NCBI GenBank assembly: GCA_038124905.1
Contig: JAYPCW010000002.1
Coordinates: forward strand, 1-45,523
DNA from: Candidatus Nanopelagicales bacterium
GTDB lineage: Bacteria > Actinomycetota > Actinomycetes > S36-B12 > UBA5976
DNA: 45,523 bases
Direction of reading: 5' to 3'
Below are positions 37,940-45,523 of the stretch, in pieces (position 1 is the stretch's first letter; each line of letters starts with the position of its first letter). Made by a program: the position numbers and the translations under genes. The notes below the pieces were generated by a model. That model did no database searches. It had not been told where the DNA came from and saw nothing but the letters and a program-made list of their open reading frames with translations.

Positions 37940-38439
37940 AGGTAAAGGCAATTTTCATAGCAATAGCGTTAACCATAACCGGATGCGCAGTGACAAACGA
38001 TGTAACACCAGGTCAGGGAGCAATAACATTGGAGACATATAAAGGTGTAGTGGTAGAAAGCACGGCTGGACAAAAACCACTAATAACAATTACCGACGAG
38101 GCGACGGGCGCCCTTGATCTTTTTCAGAGTGATCTAATTAGAGGTGAAGGTGAAACTGTGCTCCCAGGAGCAGAAGTAACCGTTCATTATGTAGGCGTGG
38201 GGCTTAACTCAGGAAATGAATTTGATTCTTCTTGGGATCGCGACGCTCCGATAAGTTTTAGCTTGGATCAAGTGATCCCGGGTTGGAGCGAGGGAGTTGT
38301 CGGTATGCAAGTTGGTGGCCGGCGTTTGCTAGTAATTCCCGGAGATTTAGCCTACGGTGAGGCAGGAATTCCGCAGGCAGGTATTGGATCGAATGAAACA
38401 TTAGTTTTTGTGGTTGATTTACTAGCAATTGTTCAGTAA
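37936..38439 (+). CDS. FKBP-type peptidyl-prolyl isomerase, predicted lipoprotein
   Basis: Signal peptide with lipobox LTITG|C ([19 protein letters not shown]). FKBP core VHYVGV...[39 protein letters not shown] overlap with pafA. Confidence 0.85.
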   Translation: MKVKAIFIAIALTITGCAVTNDVTPGQGAITLETYKGVVVESTAGQKPLITITDEATGALDLFQSDLIRGEGETVLPGAEVTVHYVGVGLNSGNEFDSSWDRDAPISFSLDQVIPGWSEGVVGMQVGGRRLLVIPGDLAYGEAGIPQAGIGSNETLVFVVDLLAIVQ

Positions 38440-38442
38440 GCG

Positions 38443-39372
38443 ATGTCAGCTAGAAAGACTGAAAGACAACTCGACCTTTTGTTTATTCTGCTTAATTCGT
38501 CGCGCCCATTAAGTAGAGATGCAATACGGACGAAAATCGAGGAATATCGTAATCAAGAGAATCAAGATTCATTTGAGCGAATGTTCGAAAGAGATAAAGA
38601 TGAACTTCGAGCTGTTGGTATTCCTATAGAAACAAAGTCGCTTGACCCACTCTTTGATGACGAATTTGGTTACGAGTTGCGTCTTGAAAACTTGAATTTA
38701 AAAAATTCTTTCTTTAATAATGAAGAATTGGCAGAGTTAACTCGAGCCGCCTTAATTTGGGAAGATTCCGTTCTTGCAACTAGTGCACGGCTCGGCCTAG
38801 TAAAAAGCCTCACAGAAAGTCAAGAATCACTAGATTACAAAGAGGACTTTAAAATAGGTAAAATTATTGCCTCTCATGCTTATGTAGTACTTGCTGAAGC
38901 ACTAGTGAATAAGAACATAGTCGAATTTGAATATCACAAACCTAACCAAACAAATGCCGTAACAAAAAGAGTTGCACCAGAGTCGCTTTTTACCAGAAAA
39001 TCTAATGTCTACTTGAAGGCGATTGACTTAAGCGATTCAACTTTAAAGACTTTTAATTTATCAAGGATTGGAAGTGAGGTGATGCAGTATCAGCCAAGTC
39101 ATGAGGATCTAAAACTAATAAAAAATAAGAAAGTAGCTAATGACGAGATAAAGCAAGTGGGGCGTATCAAGTATCGATTCTCACCAGAGAGCATTCTGCA
39201 CACAATAAATGGTCGACTCGTTGACGATTGGATTGAGGTTGATTATTTCAATGAAGAAGATTTTGCCATATTTATAGCTCCGCTTGCTCACCAAATTGAG
39301 AAAATAGAACCACAATCATTAAACGAAGCGGTAATTTCGCTACTTGAATCAGTGCAGAGAACGATTCAATGA
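38443..39372 (+). CDS. pafB: WYL-domain transcriptional regulator PafB
   Basis: 309 aa. N-terminal HTH (TERQLDLLFILLNSSRPLSRDAIRTKI), central WYL-like domain. Position after pafA. Confidence 0.8.
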   Translation: MSARKTERQLDLLFILLNSSRPLSRDAIRTKIEEYRNQENQDSFERMFERDKDELRAVGIPIETKSLDPLFDDEFGYELRLENLNLKNSFFNNEELAELTRAALIWEDSVLATSARLGLVKSLTESQESLDYKEDFKIGKIIASHAYVVLAEALVNKNIVEFEYHKPNQTNAVTKRVAPESLFTRKSNVYLKAIDLSDSTLKTFNLSRIGSEVMQYQPSHEDLKLIKNKKVANDEIKQVGRIKYRFSPESILHTINGRLVDDWIEVDYFNEEDFAIFIAPLAHQIEKIEPQSLNEAVISLLESVQRTIQ

Positions 39373-40253
39373 GACAAAATTCTCTACGATTAGCTCGTCT
39401 TCTAACAATGCTTCCTTGGCTGCAAACGCAAGGGCCAGTGCATATATCTGAAGTTGCTAGAGTTTTTAATATTTCAATCAAAGAGGTGCTGGCAGATTTG
39501 GCATTGCTTACTTTTGTAGGCCCCGAACAGGCAGGTGGCGGTTTAGTCGATATTCAGTATGAAGATGACATTGTTAAAGTTGTCGACCCTCAAGGACTAA
39601 AGTCAGCTTTAAGTTTAAATATGTTTGAAAGAATTTCACTATTGATGGGTTTAAGAATATTACAGGATCTAGAACTAGCGAATCCAGCAACATTTTCAGC
39701 GCTTGAGAAGCTTGAAAGCGTCGAGGCAAGCGAGTTAAGCGTTTCTAAGCTAAACCAAACAATTAACAGTTGTCTTGGCGAGAAGAGGCTTCTCGAGATT
39801 CAGTACTTGTCATTTGGCGCAAGCAAAGCAACGACAAGAGTGATAGAGCCTCACCAAATAGTTGTCAAGAGTTCCACGCTTTACTTACAAGCCTGGTGTC
39901 GTGCGAGTGATGGTTGGCGAGATTTCAGAATAGATAGAATTCTTGAGGCAACAGCACTGAATGAATTTTTCGACGAGCGGAAATCTGAAAAATCTTTGGA
40001 TCAACTCGGCCGGGCGATTGAGATTGATCTAACAACAAATGCGCTTTGGGTGCTGGAGCAATACGCAGTCGAAGCGGCTCAAACCAATTCTAATAATTTA
40101 AGAATCACCATGCCAGTCTTTTCTGCAGTATGGCTGTTTCAATTTTTAGTTTCAACGGTTACTAGTATTCAAAGCGTTCAAATGGATAAAACCTTAAAAC
40201 AAGAAGTTTTAGCGGAGCTAGAAAGTGCCATCTCTAGATTAAAAGAATACTAA
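39369..40253 (+). CDS. pafC: WYL-domain transcriptional regulator PafC
   Basis: 294 aa. HTH (RLARLLTMLPWLQTQGPVHISEVARVFNIS), WYL region (YLQAWCRASDGWRDFRIDRI). ATGA overlap with pafB. Confidence 0.8.
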   Translation: MRQNSLRLARLLTMLPWLQTQGPVHISEVARVFNISIKEVLADLALLTFVGPEQAGGGLVDIQYEDDIVKVVDPQGLKSALSLNMFERISLLMGLRILQDLELANPATFSALEKLESVEASELSVSKLNQTINSCLGEKRLLEIQYLSFGASKATTRVIEPHQIVVKSSTLYLQAWCRASDGWRDFRIDRILEATALNEFFDERKSEKSLDQLGRAIEIDLTTNALWVLEQYAVEAAQTNSNNLRITMPVFSAVWLFQFLVSTVTSIQSVQMDKTLKQEVLAELESAISRLKEY

Positions 40254-41131
40254 TGCTAAGAATTGGCTTTGTTTACAATACAAATGCAGGTAGAAGATTT
40301 AAATCTAAGAAGATCAAAGCAATTCGTGATGTTCTCCTAAATCATGGCACCGTTCAAGAATTTGAAATTAAAAATCCTTACTCACTAGAGCAAGAAGTAG
40401 ATACTCTAACTTCCAACTTTGATTTACTTGTTATAGCTGGGGGAGATGGAAGCGTTAACGGCGTTATTAATCTATTGAAGGAAAATACGCCACCATTATT
40501 AGTCTTACCATTTGGTTCTGGAAATGACATAAGCCAAAGTTTTCACCCGAAATTAAATTTGCAGCGAATCAATAAGGCACTCAAAAATCTTGAATTTAAA
40601 AACGTGGATTTAATAGAAATTTCAGGGGAAGAAAGCATTTTTTGCCTCACCGTTGCGTGCCTTGGTACAGATGCACGAGTTAGCAAACGAGCATCGACAA
40701 TGCCAAGGTTTCTCGCGGGCGCTAGATATGTATTAGCGACCATAATGGAGATTTTCAAGAACGCGCCAACTGAAGTAACAGTTTCAACTGATGGTTTTTC
40801 GTATCAAGGAGCTGTGAGTGTCTGCTCTATGGCCAATACTGCGCAGTATGGGGGAGGAATCGAAATTTCTCCTAAGTCTAATATTGCTGATGGTCAACTA
40901 GAATTAGTGTTTGTCAAAAAATTGGATCGTTTGGCCTTACTTATGCTCTTCATTTTGCTTTTGTTAAAACAACATACAAAATCTAAAAAAATTAAGTATA
41001 TAAAAACAAATGACATTCATTTGGCTTCCAGCAATCAGCAGCTAGAGGTATGGGCTGATGGTCAATTCATGTCAGAACTTCCATGCCGTATCAGTATGGC
41101 TAACTTTAAATTAAGTGTTTTAAGAGTTTAA
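40253..41131 (+). CDS. diacylglycerol kinase-family lipid kinase (YegS/LCB5-like)
   Basis: 292 aa. NTNAGRR, IAGGDGSVNGVIN (GGDG motif), LPFGSGNDISQSF. TAATG overlap with pafC, and its stop abuts the helY ATG. Confidence 0.75.
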   Translation: MLRIGFVYNTNAGRRFKSKKIKAIRDVLLNHGTVQEFEIKNPYSLEQEVDTLTSNFDLLVIAGGDGSVNGVINLLKENTPPLLVLPFGSGNDISQSFHPKLNLQRINKALKNLEFKNVDLIEISGEESIFCLTVACLGTDARVSKRASTMPRFLAGARYVLATIMEIFKNAPTEVTVSTDGFSYQGAVSVCSMANTAQYGGGIEISPKSNIADGQLELVFVKKLDRLALLMLFILLLLKQHTKSKKIKYIKTNDIHLASSNQQLEVWADGQFMSELPCRISMANFKLSVLRV

Positions 41132-43510
41132 ATGACTGATTACTCGCAAAAATATAATGATTTTAAACGAAAACAGAAGACTACCTCAAAATTAATTCAA
41201 GAATATGAATTAGATCTTCCCTTTGAACTCGACAATTTTCAGCGAGAAGCATTTATCGCAATTGAGTCAGATAAGAATGTGCTGGTCTCGGCGCCGACCG
41301 GCTCCGGTAAAACTCTGGTGGCAGATTTTGGAATCTTTATCACCAAGAAAAGAGGCTTAAGATCTATCTACACCACGCCGATTAAAGCTTTATCGAATCA
41401 AAAATTCCGCGAGCTTATAGAACGATACGGTGTAGAAAATGTCGGATTGCTTACTGGTGATAATTCCGTAAACAAAGATGCTCCAATAGTTGTTATGACT
41501 ACCGAAGTTTTGAGAAACATGATTTATGAAGACTTTTCGCGAACTCTTGATATTGGCTTAGTGGTTATGGACGAAGTTCATTATTTAGCTGATAGAAATC
41601 GCGGCGTAGTTTGGGAGGAAGTCCTAATTCTGCTACCTAAAGAAATAGTTGTTGTTGCCTTAAGCGCCACTGTTAGCAACGCTTCAGAAATAGGGGATTG
41701 GCTCACAGAGGTTCGGGGAACTACTGAGGTTATTGTTGAAGGCAAGCGGCCAATTCCGCTAGAGCAATTTGTGGTAACTAAGAGCGAAATAATTCCACTC
41801 TTTTCTAAAGAAGACTCAACGACTTTAAACAAGAATTTAATTCGAATTCATCGAGCAGCCCAATCTCGACGAACTAGTAAATACAAGAGAAGCGATCAAA
41901 TATCACTGGTTCCAAGTCAAGAGAAGGTCATCTCTCAGTTAAGAAACGCTAATCTCTTGCCCGCGATCTATTTTATTTTCTCCAGAAAGCAATGCGATGT
42001 AGCCGTTGAAAATTTACTGTCTTCAAAAATACGTCTAACTTCTGATGCCGAGTCGCTTGCTTGCGATAAGTTCCTAGAACAAGTTCTTCAGGCGCTAGAA
42101 GGCGAGGATTGGAATTTACTGGGTATTGATCGCTGGCAAGCTGCGGTTCGACGTGGATTTGCTGCCCACCATGCGGGATTGTTGCCAGTAATAAAGGAAA
42201 CAACAGAAAAACTATTTCAAAATGGATTAATAAAATTAGTATTTGCGACTGATACGTTGGCCTTAGGCATCAACATGCCAGCTCGAAGCGTCGTGCTGGA
42301 TAAATTAGATAAATGGAATGGGGAAACCCATGAATTGCTGACTGCTGCTGAATACACCCAAATAACGGGACGCGCGGGTCGCAGAGGAATTGATAATCGG
42401 GGTGCTTCGATAATTTGTTTTTCTAGAGCTACAGATCCTAGATACTTAAGTAATTTAGCTACCAACAGAGCTTTTGAGCTCAAATCTAGTTTTCAGCCCC
42501 GCTACAACATGGTTTGCGGACTTCTCGAAAAAAGAACTATCGCCCAAACGGAACAATTGCTTGAAAAATCTTTGGCACAATTTCAGGCAAAATTAAAAGT
42601 AAAAAAAATGGTCATTAGACAGAAGCGAGAAGAAGAAGCCTTAGAAAAATATAAAAATACAGCGAGTTGCCACCTCGGTGACATGGATGAATATCTTTCT
42701 TTAGTTAAGTCTTTGGCGGTGGCACAAAAGCGAAATGATCCAGAGTGGGAGGTATTAAAAAAGGCGATTCGCCAACACCCAGTTCACAGCTGTAAAGATA
42801 GAGAAAACCACTTGCGCTGGGGGGAGCGCCGGCTCAAATTAGAAAAACAAGTTGCTTCATTAAAACGTGATATTTCCCGTGACACCTCAGGAATAAAGCG
42901 AATTTTTAGAAATGTCTTGAGTGTCTTAGAGAAGTTTGATTATCTCAATGTTTCTGACTCTGAAAATATCCTAACCAGTAAAGGAGAGCTACTTACCAAA
43001 ATTCACTCAGAGCAAGATTTGTTGCTCGGGGAGGCGATAGATCGTAATGTATTTTCTAACCTAAAGCCCAGCGAGTTAGTTTCATTAGTCTCAGGCTTAA
43101 CCTATGAATCACGAATTGACCAAGACTATGAGTACTGGTTGCCCAATGAGGTCTTAAACGAAAGAGCTGACGAATTATTAGCCATTTCGCACGAAATTAT
43201 CGCACTTGAAGATAAGCATGATTTGAGTTTTACTTCTGAGCCTGACTTTAGTTTTGCTAATTCTGTCTTCATGTGGGCGAATGGAGCTAGCTTAAGAAAG
43301 GTACTAAAAATAGCTAACATGTCAGCCGGTGATTTTGTTCGAAGCATGAAACAAAATATTGATCTATTAGGTCAAATCTCAGCCTTAGAAAACTCATTGG
43401 CACAAACTGCAAAAGATGCCTTAAAGCTAATTAACCGTGGCGTTATAGCACAAGAATACGTGCTTGGGGTAGATGAAATTAATCATGAATTAATCGAAGA
43501 ATTTCATTAA
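41132..43510 (+). CDS. helY: Ski2-like DEAD/DEAH-box RNA helicase HelY
   Basis: 792 aa. Motif I SAPTGSGKT, motif II DEVH, motif III SAT, motif VI TGRAGRRG. C-terminal DSHCT-like domain. Confidence 0.9.
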   Translation: MTDYSQKYNDFKRKQKTTSKLIQEYELDLPFELDNFQREAFIAIESDKNVLVSAPTGSGKTLVADFGIFITKKRGLRSIYTTPIKALSNQKFRELIERYGVENVGLLTGDNSVNKDAPIVVMTTEVLRNMIYEDFSRTLDIGLVVMDEVHYLADRNRGVVWEEVLILLPKEIVVVALSATVSNASEIGDWLTEVRGTTEVIVEGKRPIPLEQFVVTKSEIIPLFSKEDSTTLNKNLIRIHRAAQSRRTSKYKRSDQISLVPSQEKVISQLRNANLLPAIYFIFSRKQCDVAVENLLSSKIRLTSDAESLACDKFLEQVLQALEGEDWNLLGIDRWQAAVRRGFAAHHAGLLPVIKETTEKLFQNGLIKLVFATDTLALGINMPARSVVLDKLDKWNGETHELLTAAEYTQITGRAGRRGIDNRGASIICFSRATDPRYLSNLATNRAFELKSSFQPRYNMVCGLLEKRTIAQTEQLLEKSLAQFQAKLKVKKMVIRQKREEEALEKYKNTASCHLGDMDEYLSLVKSLAVAQKRNDPEWEVLKKAIRQHPVHSCKDRENHLRWGERRLKLEKQVASLKRDISRDTSGIKRIFRNVLSVLEKFDYLNVSDSENILTSKGELLTKIHSEQDLLLGEAIDRNVFSNLKPSELVSLVSGLTYESRIDQDYEYWLPNEVLNERADELLAISHEIIALEDKHDLSFTSEPDFSFANSVFMWANGASLRKVLKIANMSAGDFVRSMKQNIDLLGQISALENSLAQTAKDALKLINRGVIAQEYVLGVDEINHELIEEFH

Positions 43511-44360
43511 CTTGCTTTGTGATGTTTCTCGCCGCGGCGAATTTATTTAGTTTTTCAATTTCCATGGGCTTAACCTGGATTTTTAGCTTTAAATTTTTGT
43601 TTAGACTGGTTACCTGTCGTGCTTTTTGAATGTAGCTGACGCTCGAAATTATATTCTCTTCGGCGACAGAAAGTTTTTTGCTGGGATTAGTTGACAAGTA
43701 GTTTATGAGATTTTCAATAGTCTGAAATTCCTTTATAAATTTTGCTGCTGTCTTTTCCCCAACTTTCGAAACCCCTTTTAATCCATCACTGGGGTCACCG
43801 CGCAGTACTGCATAGTCTAAATATTGTTCTGGTTCAAAACCGTAAACCTCTTTAAATCTTTCATAATCCCAGAGTGGTTGTGATTTATCAGAAAGAAGAT
43901 GTAGAACAGTTTGATTTTTTCTATTTATCAGTTGAAGTAAATCACGATCAGATGTGACAATAATTGAATTTTTTTCAATTTTTGAGAGTGAAGCTAGGCA
44001 ATCATCGGCTTCAAAATCCTGGATTCCAACTACAGCTATCTGCAGTAATGCAAGAACATGAATTAAATCAGGTAATTGCTCAATGAGTTCTTCAGGCGCT
44101 AATTCATTTTTTTTATCAGCGGCTAATCGATGGGATTTGTATTCTGAGAGCAATTCCACGCGCCAGTTAGGCCGCCAACTTTCATCAATTGCGGCAATGA
44201 TTCTTCTAGGTTTGTATTTGTCCAATAGCTGAGCAATAGTGGTCAAGCTGCCACGGATTGCGTTTATTGGCTTTCCACGCGAATCAGTGATTGATGTTGG
44301 AAGGGCATAGAAAGCCCGATAGTAAAGACTAGGTAGATCTAGCAATAAAACTGGAGACAC
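43479..44360 (-). CDS. 5'-3' exonuclease (FEN/Pol I N-terminal domain family)
   Basis: 293 aa. LLLDLPSLYYRAFYALP, acidic clusters (DESWRP, EADD, SDRDLLQL), H3TH motif GDPSDGLKGVSKVGEKTAAKFI. GTG start. Confidence 0.85.
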   Translation of the reverse strand: MSPVLLLDLPSLYYRAFYALPTSITDSRGKPINAIRGSLTTIAQLLDKYKPRRIIAAIDESWRPNWRVELLSEYKSHRLAADKKNELAPEELIEQLPDLIHVLALLQIAVVGIQDFEADDCLASLSKIEKNSIIVTSDRDLLQLINRKNQTVLHLLSDKSQPLWDYERFKEVYGFEPEQYLDYAVLRGDPSDGLKGVSKVGEKTAAKFIKEFQTIENLINYLSTNPSKKLSVAEENIISSVSYIQKARQVTSLNKNLKLKIQVKPMEIEKLNKFAAARNITKQVNEILRLIHD

Positions 44361-44392
44361 TCTCTAATGATATTGATTAGTAGCACCTAAAA

Positions 44393-45496
44393 TTGACTTA
44401 TATGCCAATCTCAGGAAATTTGTCTAGTCAGAGAATCCTCAATGCTCAACAAATGTTGGCAGAGAGAAATATCGATTTAGCAATAATTACTCCAGGGATA
44501 AATTATCGATACCTAACTAACCAGCGCGCAGTGGCACTTGAGCGCCTAACCGCTTTGGTGATTACGCAAAGTGAATATTGGCTTATTGTGCCCGAACTAG
44601 AATTAAATCAAGCTCGAGAATTTCATAATGAAGTAGAAATAATTTCTTGGCGCGAAACAGATGATCCTTATTTAATGGTCCAAGCGAGGACACCTAATTC
44701 TAAGGCCATTGCTCTCGATGAAAAAATGCCCTTTTTCCATGTAGAAAAATTTCAAAAAGTGTTCAGTGCTGAATTTGTTTCGTTTTCACCAATTTCAGAA
44801 GCCATGAGGTCAAAAAAGAGCGATGAAGAAATACAAGAGTTAACAAAGGTCTCAGCTGCGATAAATGCCGTTCATTTATCGATCCCTGAAATTGATTTTA
44901 CAAATAGAAGTGAGCTGGCAGTGGCAAATGAAATTGAAGCAATGATCCGGAAGGAACACGAAACCGTCGATTTCGTAATCGTCGCCTCTGGTCCTAATTC
45001 TGCAAACCCACATCATCAACCGGGGGAGCGGGTAATTCAAAACGGTGATGTAGTTGTTATTGATATTGGAGGAACGTCCAAAAGCGGCTATTGCTCTGAT
45101 TGCACGCGAACCTATGTAGTTGATAAACCTGATCCTGAATTTGTTAAAAATTATGAGGTACTTGCAATTGCGCAGAAATTGGGCGTTTCCAGCGCTAAAG
45201 TTGGGATCACTGCAGAGTCTTTAGACAAGCAAGTTAGAGATCATTTAAGTGCAAATGATTTAGGGCAATGGTTTGTGCATCGCTTGGGTCACGGAATTGG
45301 CATGGAAACCCATGAGACTCCTTGGCTGGTGCGTGGCAATAAAAATTTATTAGAAGAAGGAAATGTCTTTAGCATCGAACCTGGTTTTTACATTCCGGGA
45401 AAATGGGGCGCACGTATTGAAGATATTGTCGCCTTGTCAGGGCGCAAAACTCTGAACTTAAATGACTTTGACCATAGTTTGAGAATCGTTCATTGA
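44393..45496 (+). CDS. M24 family Xaa-Pro dipeptidase/aminopeptidase
   Basis: 367 aa. Metal ligand contexts DIGG...YCSDCTRT, HRLGHGIGMETHE, FSIEPGFY, ARIEDIV. Alternative ATG start at 44402. Confidence 0.85.
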   Translation: MTYMPISGNLSSQRILNAQQMLAERNIDLAIITPGINYRYLTNQRAVALERLTALVITQSEYWLIVPELELNQAREFHNEVEIISWRETDDPYLMVQARTPNSKAIALDEKMPFFHVEKFQKVFSAEFVSFSPISEAMRSKKSDEEIQELTKVSAAINAVHLSIPEIDFTNRSELAVANEIEAMIRKEHETVDFVIVASGPNSANPHHQPGERVIQNGDVVVIDIGGTSKSGYCSDCTRTYVVDKPDPEFVKNYEVLAIAQKLGVSSAKVGITAESLDKQVRDHLSANDLGQWFVHRLGHGIGMETHETPWLVRGNKNLLEEGNVFSIEPGFYIPGKWGARIEDIVALSGRKTLNLNDFDHSLRIVH

Positions 45497-45523
45497 AAAA
45501 GCTACTCCTAGCTGCCTTGCTAG

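Noticed and set aside
38297-38304. TTGTCGGT, and TTGTCGGA at 16219-16226. Both resemble the core of the RecA-independent (PafBC-dependent) DNA-damage promoter motif as I remember it: TGTC(A/G)GTG followed about 8 nt later by TAnnnT.
   Set aside because: Both are inside coding regions, lack a correctly spaced TAnnnT, and are not upstream of any gene start. Chance matches are likely.
1-45523. Looked for CRISPR arrays, IS elements, transposases, toxin-antitoxin pairs, defence-system-like ATPase/nuclease clusters, rRNA and long direct or inverted repeats.
   Set aside because: I recognised none. Every ORF of at least about 100 aa is accounted for by a housekeeping or conserved actinobacterial family, except the 246-aa orphan reported above.

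Overview
This is a very compact chromosome segment with 49 CDS and 1 tRNA. By hand count from maximal-ORF coordinates, only about 700 of 45,523 nt are non-coding. Gene content and order are those of an actinobacterium, but the sequence looks AT-rich for that phylum by eye (GC not computed). That fits a genome-streamlined lineage such as freshwater acI/Nanopelagicales, which is inference only. I found no rRNA, CRISPR array, transposase, integrase or long repeat.

Content, left to right:
- tkt (partial), then the heme O/heme A synthases ctaB and ctaA with an ATP-grasp gene between them.
- A complete SUF Fe-S operon: sufR-sufB-sufD-Rieske-sufC-sufS-sufU-sufT.
- An ABC exporter, SURF1 and DUF3099, then the mabA/inhA-type FAS-II reductases.
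- A segment at about 14.4-21.2 kb that does not follow the M. tuberculosis gene order I recall. It holds a short serB, an orphan 246-aa ORF, a soluble ModF/PhrA-like ABC ATPase, an Fe-S (6-4)-type photolyase, a degenerate Nudix-fold protein, VKOR, a tandem-RCK K+ channel and tRNA-Leu(GAG).
- An M20 peptidase, DUF5703, an aldo/keto reductase and uppP.
- The uncharacterised actinobacterial cassette of histidine phosphatase, DUF3090 and SCO1664-family protein, next to mshC and pgi.
- A full Pup-proteasome locus (PAC2, trmI, arc/mpa, dop, pup, prcB, prcA, pafA, FKBP lipoprotein, pafB, pafC), followed by a DAG-kinase-like lipid kinase, helY, a 5'-3' exonuclease and an M24 peptidase.

Most of the window is conserved housekeeping. 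The items most worth follow-up:
- The tightly coupled ABC-ATPase/photolyase/Nudix-like/VKOR block.
- The function-unknown phosphatase/DUF3090/kinase-like cassette.
- The orphan ORF overlapping serB.
- The ATP-grasp gene coupled to ctaB.
- The genome architecture: all 7 convergent gene pairs overlap or abut at their 3' ends.

All family assignments come from motif recognition by eye. No database search was run.
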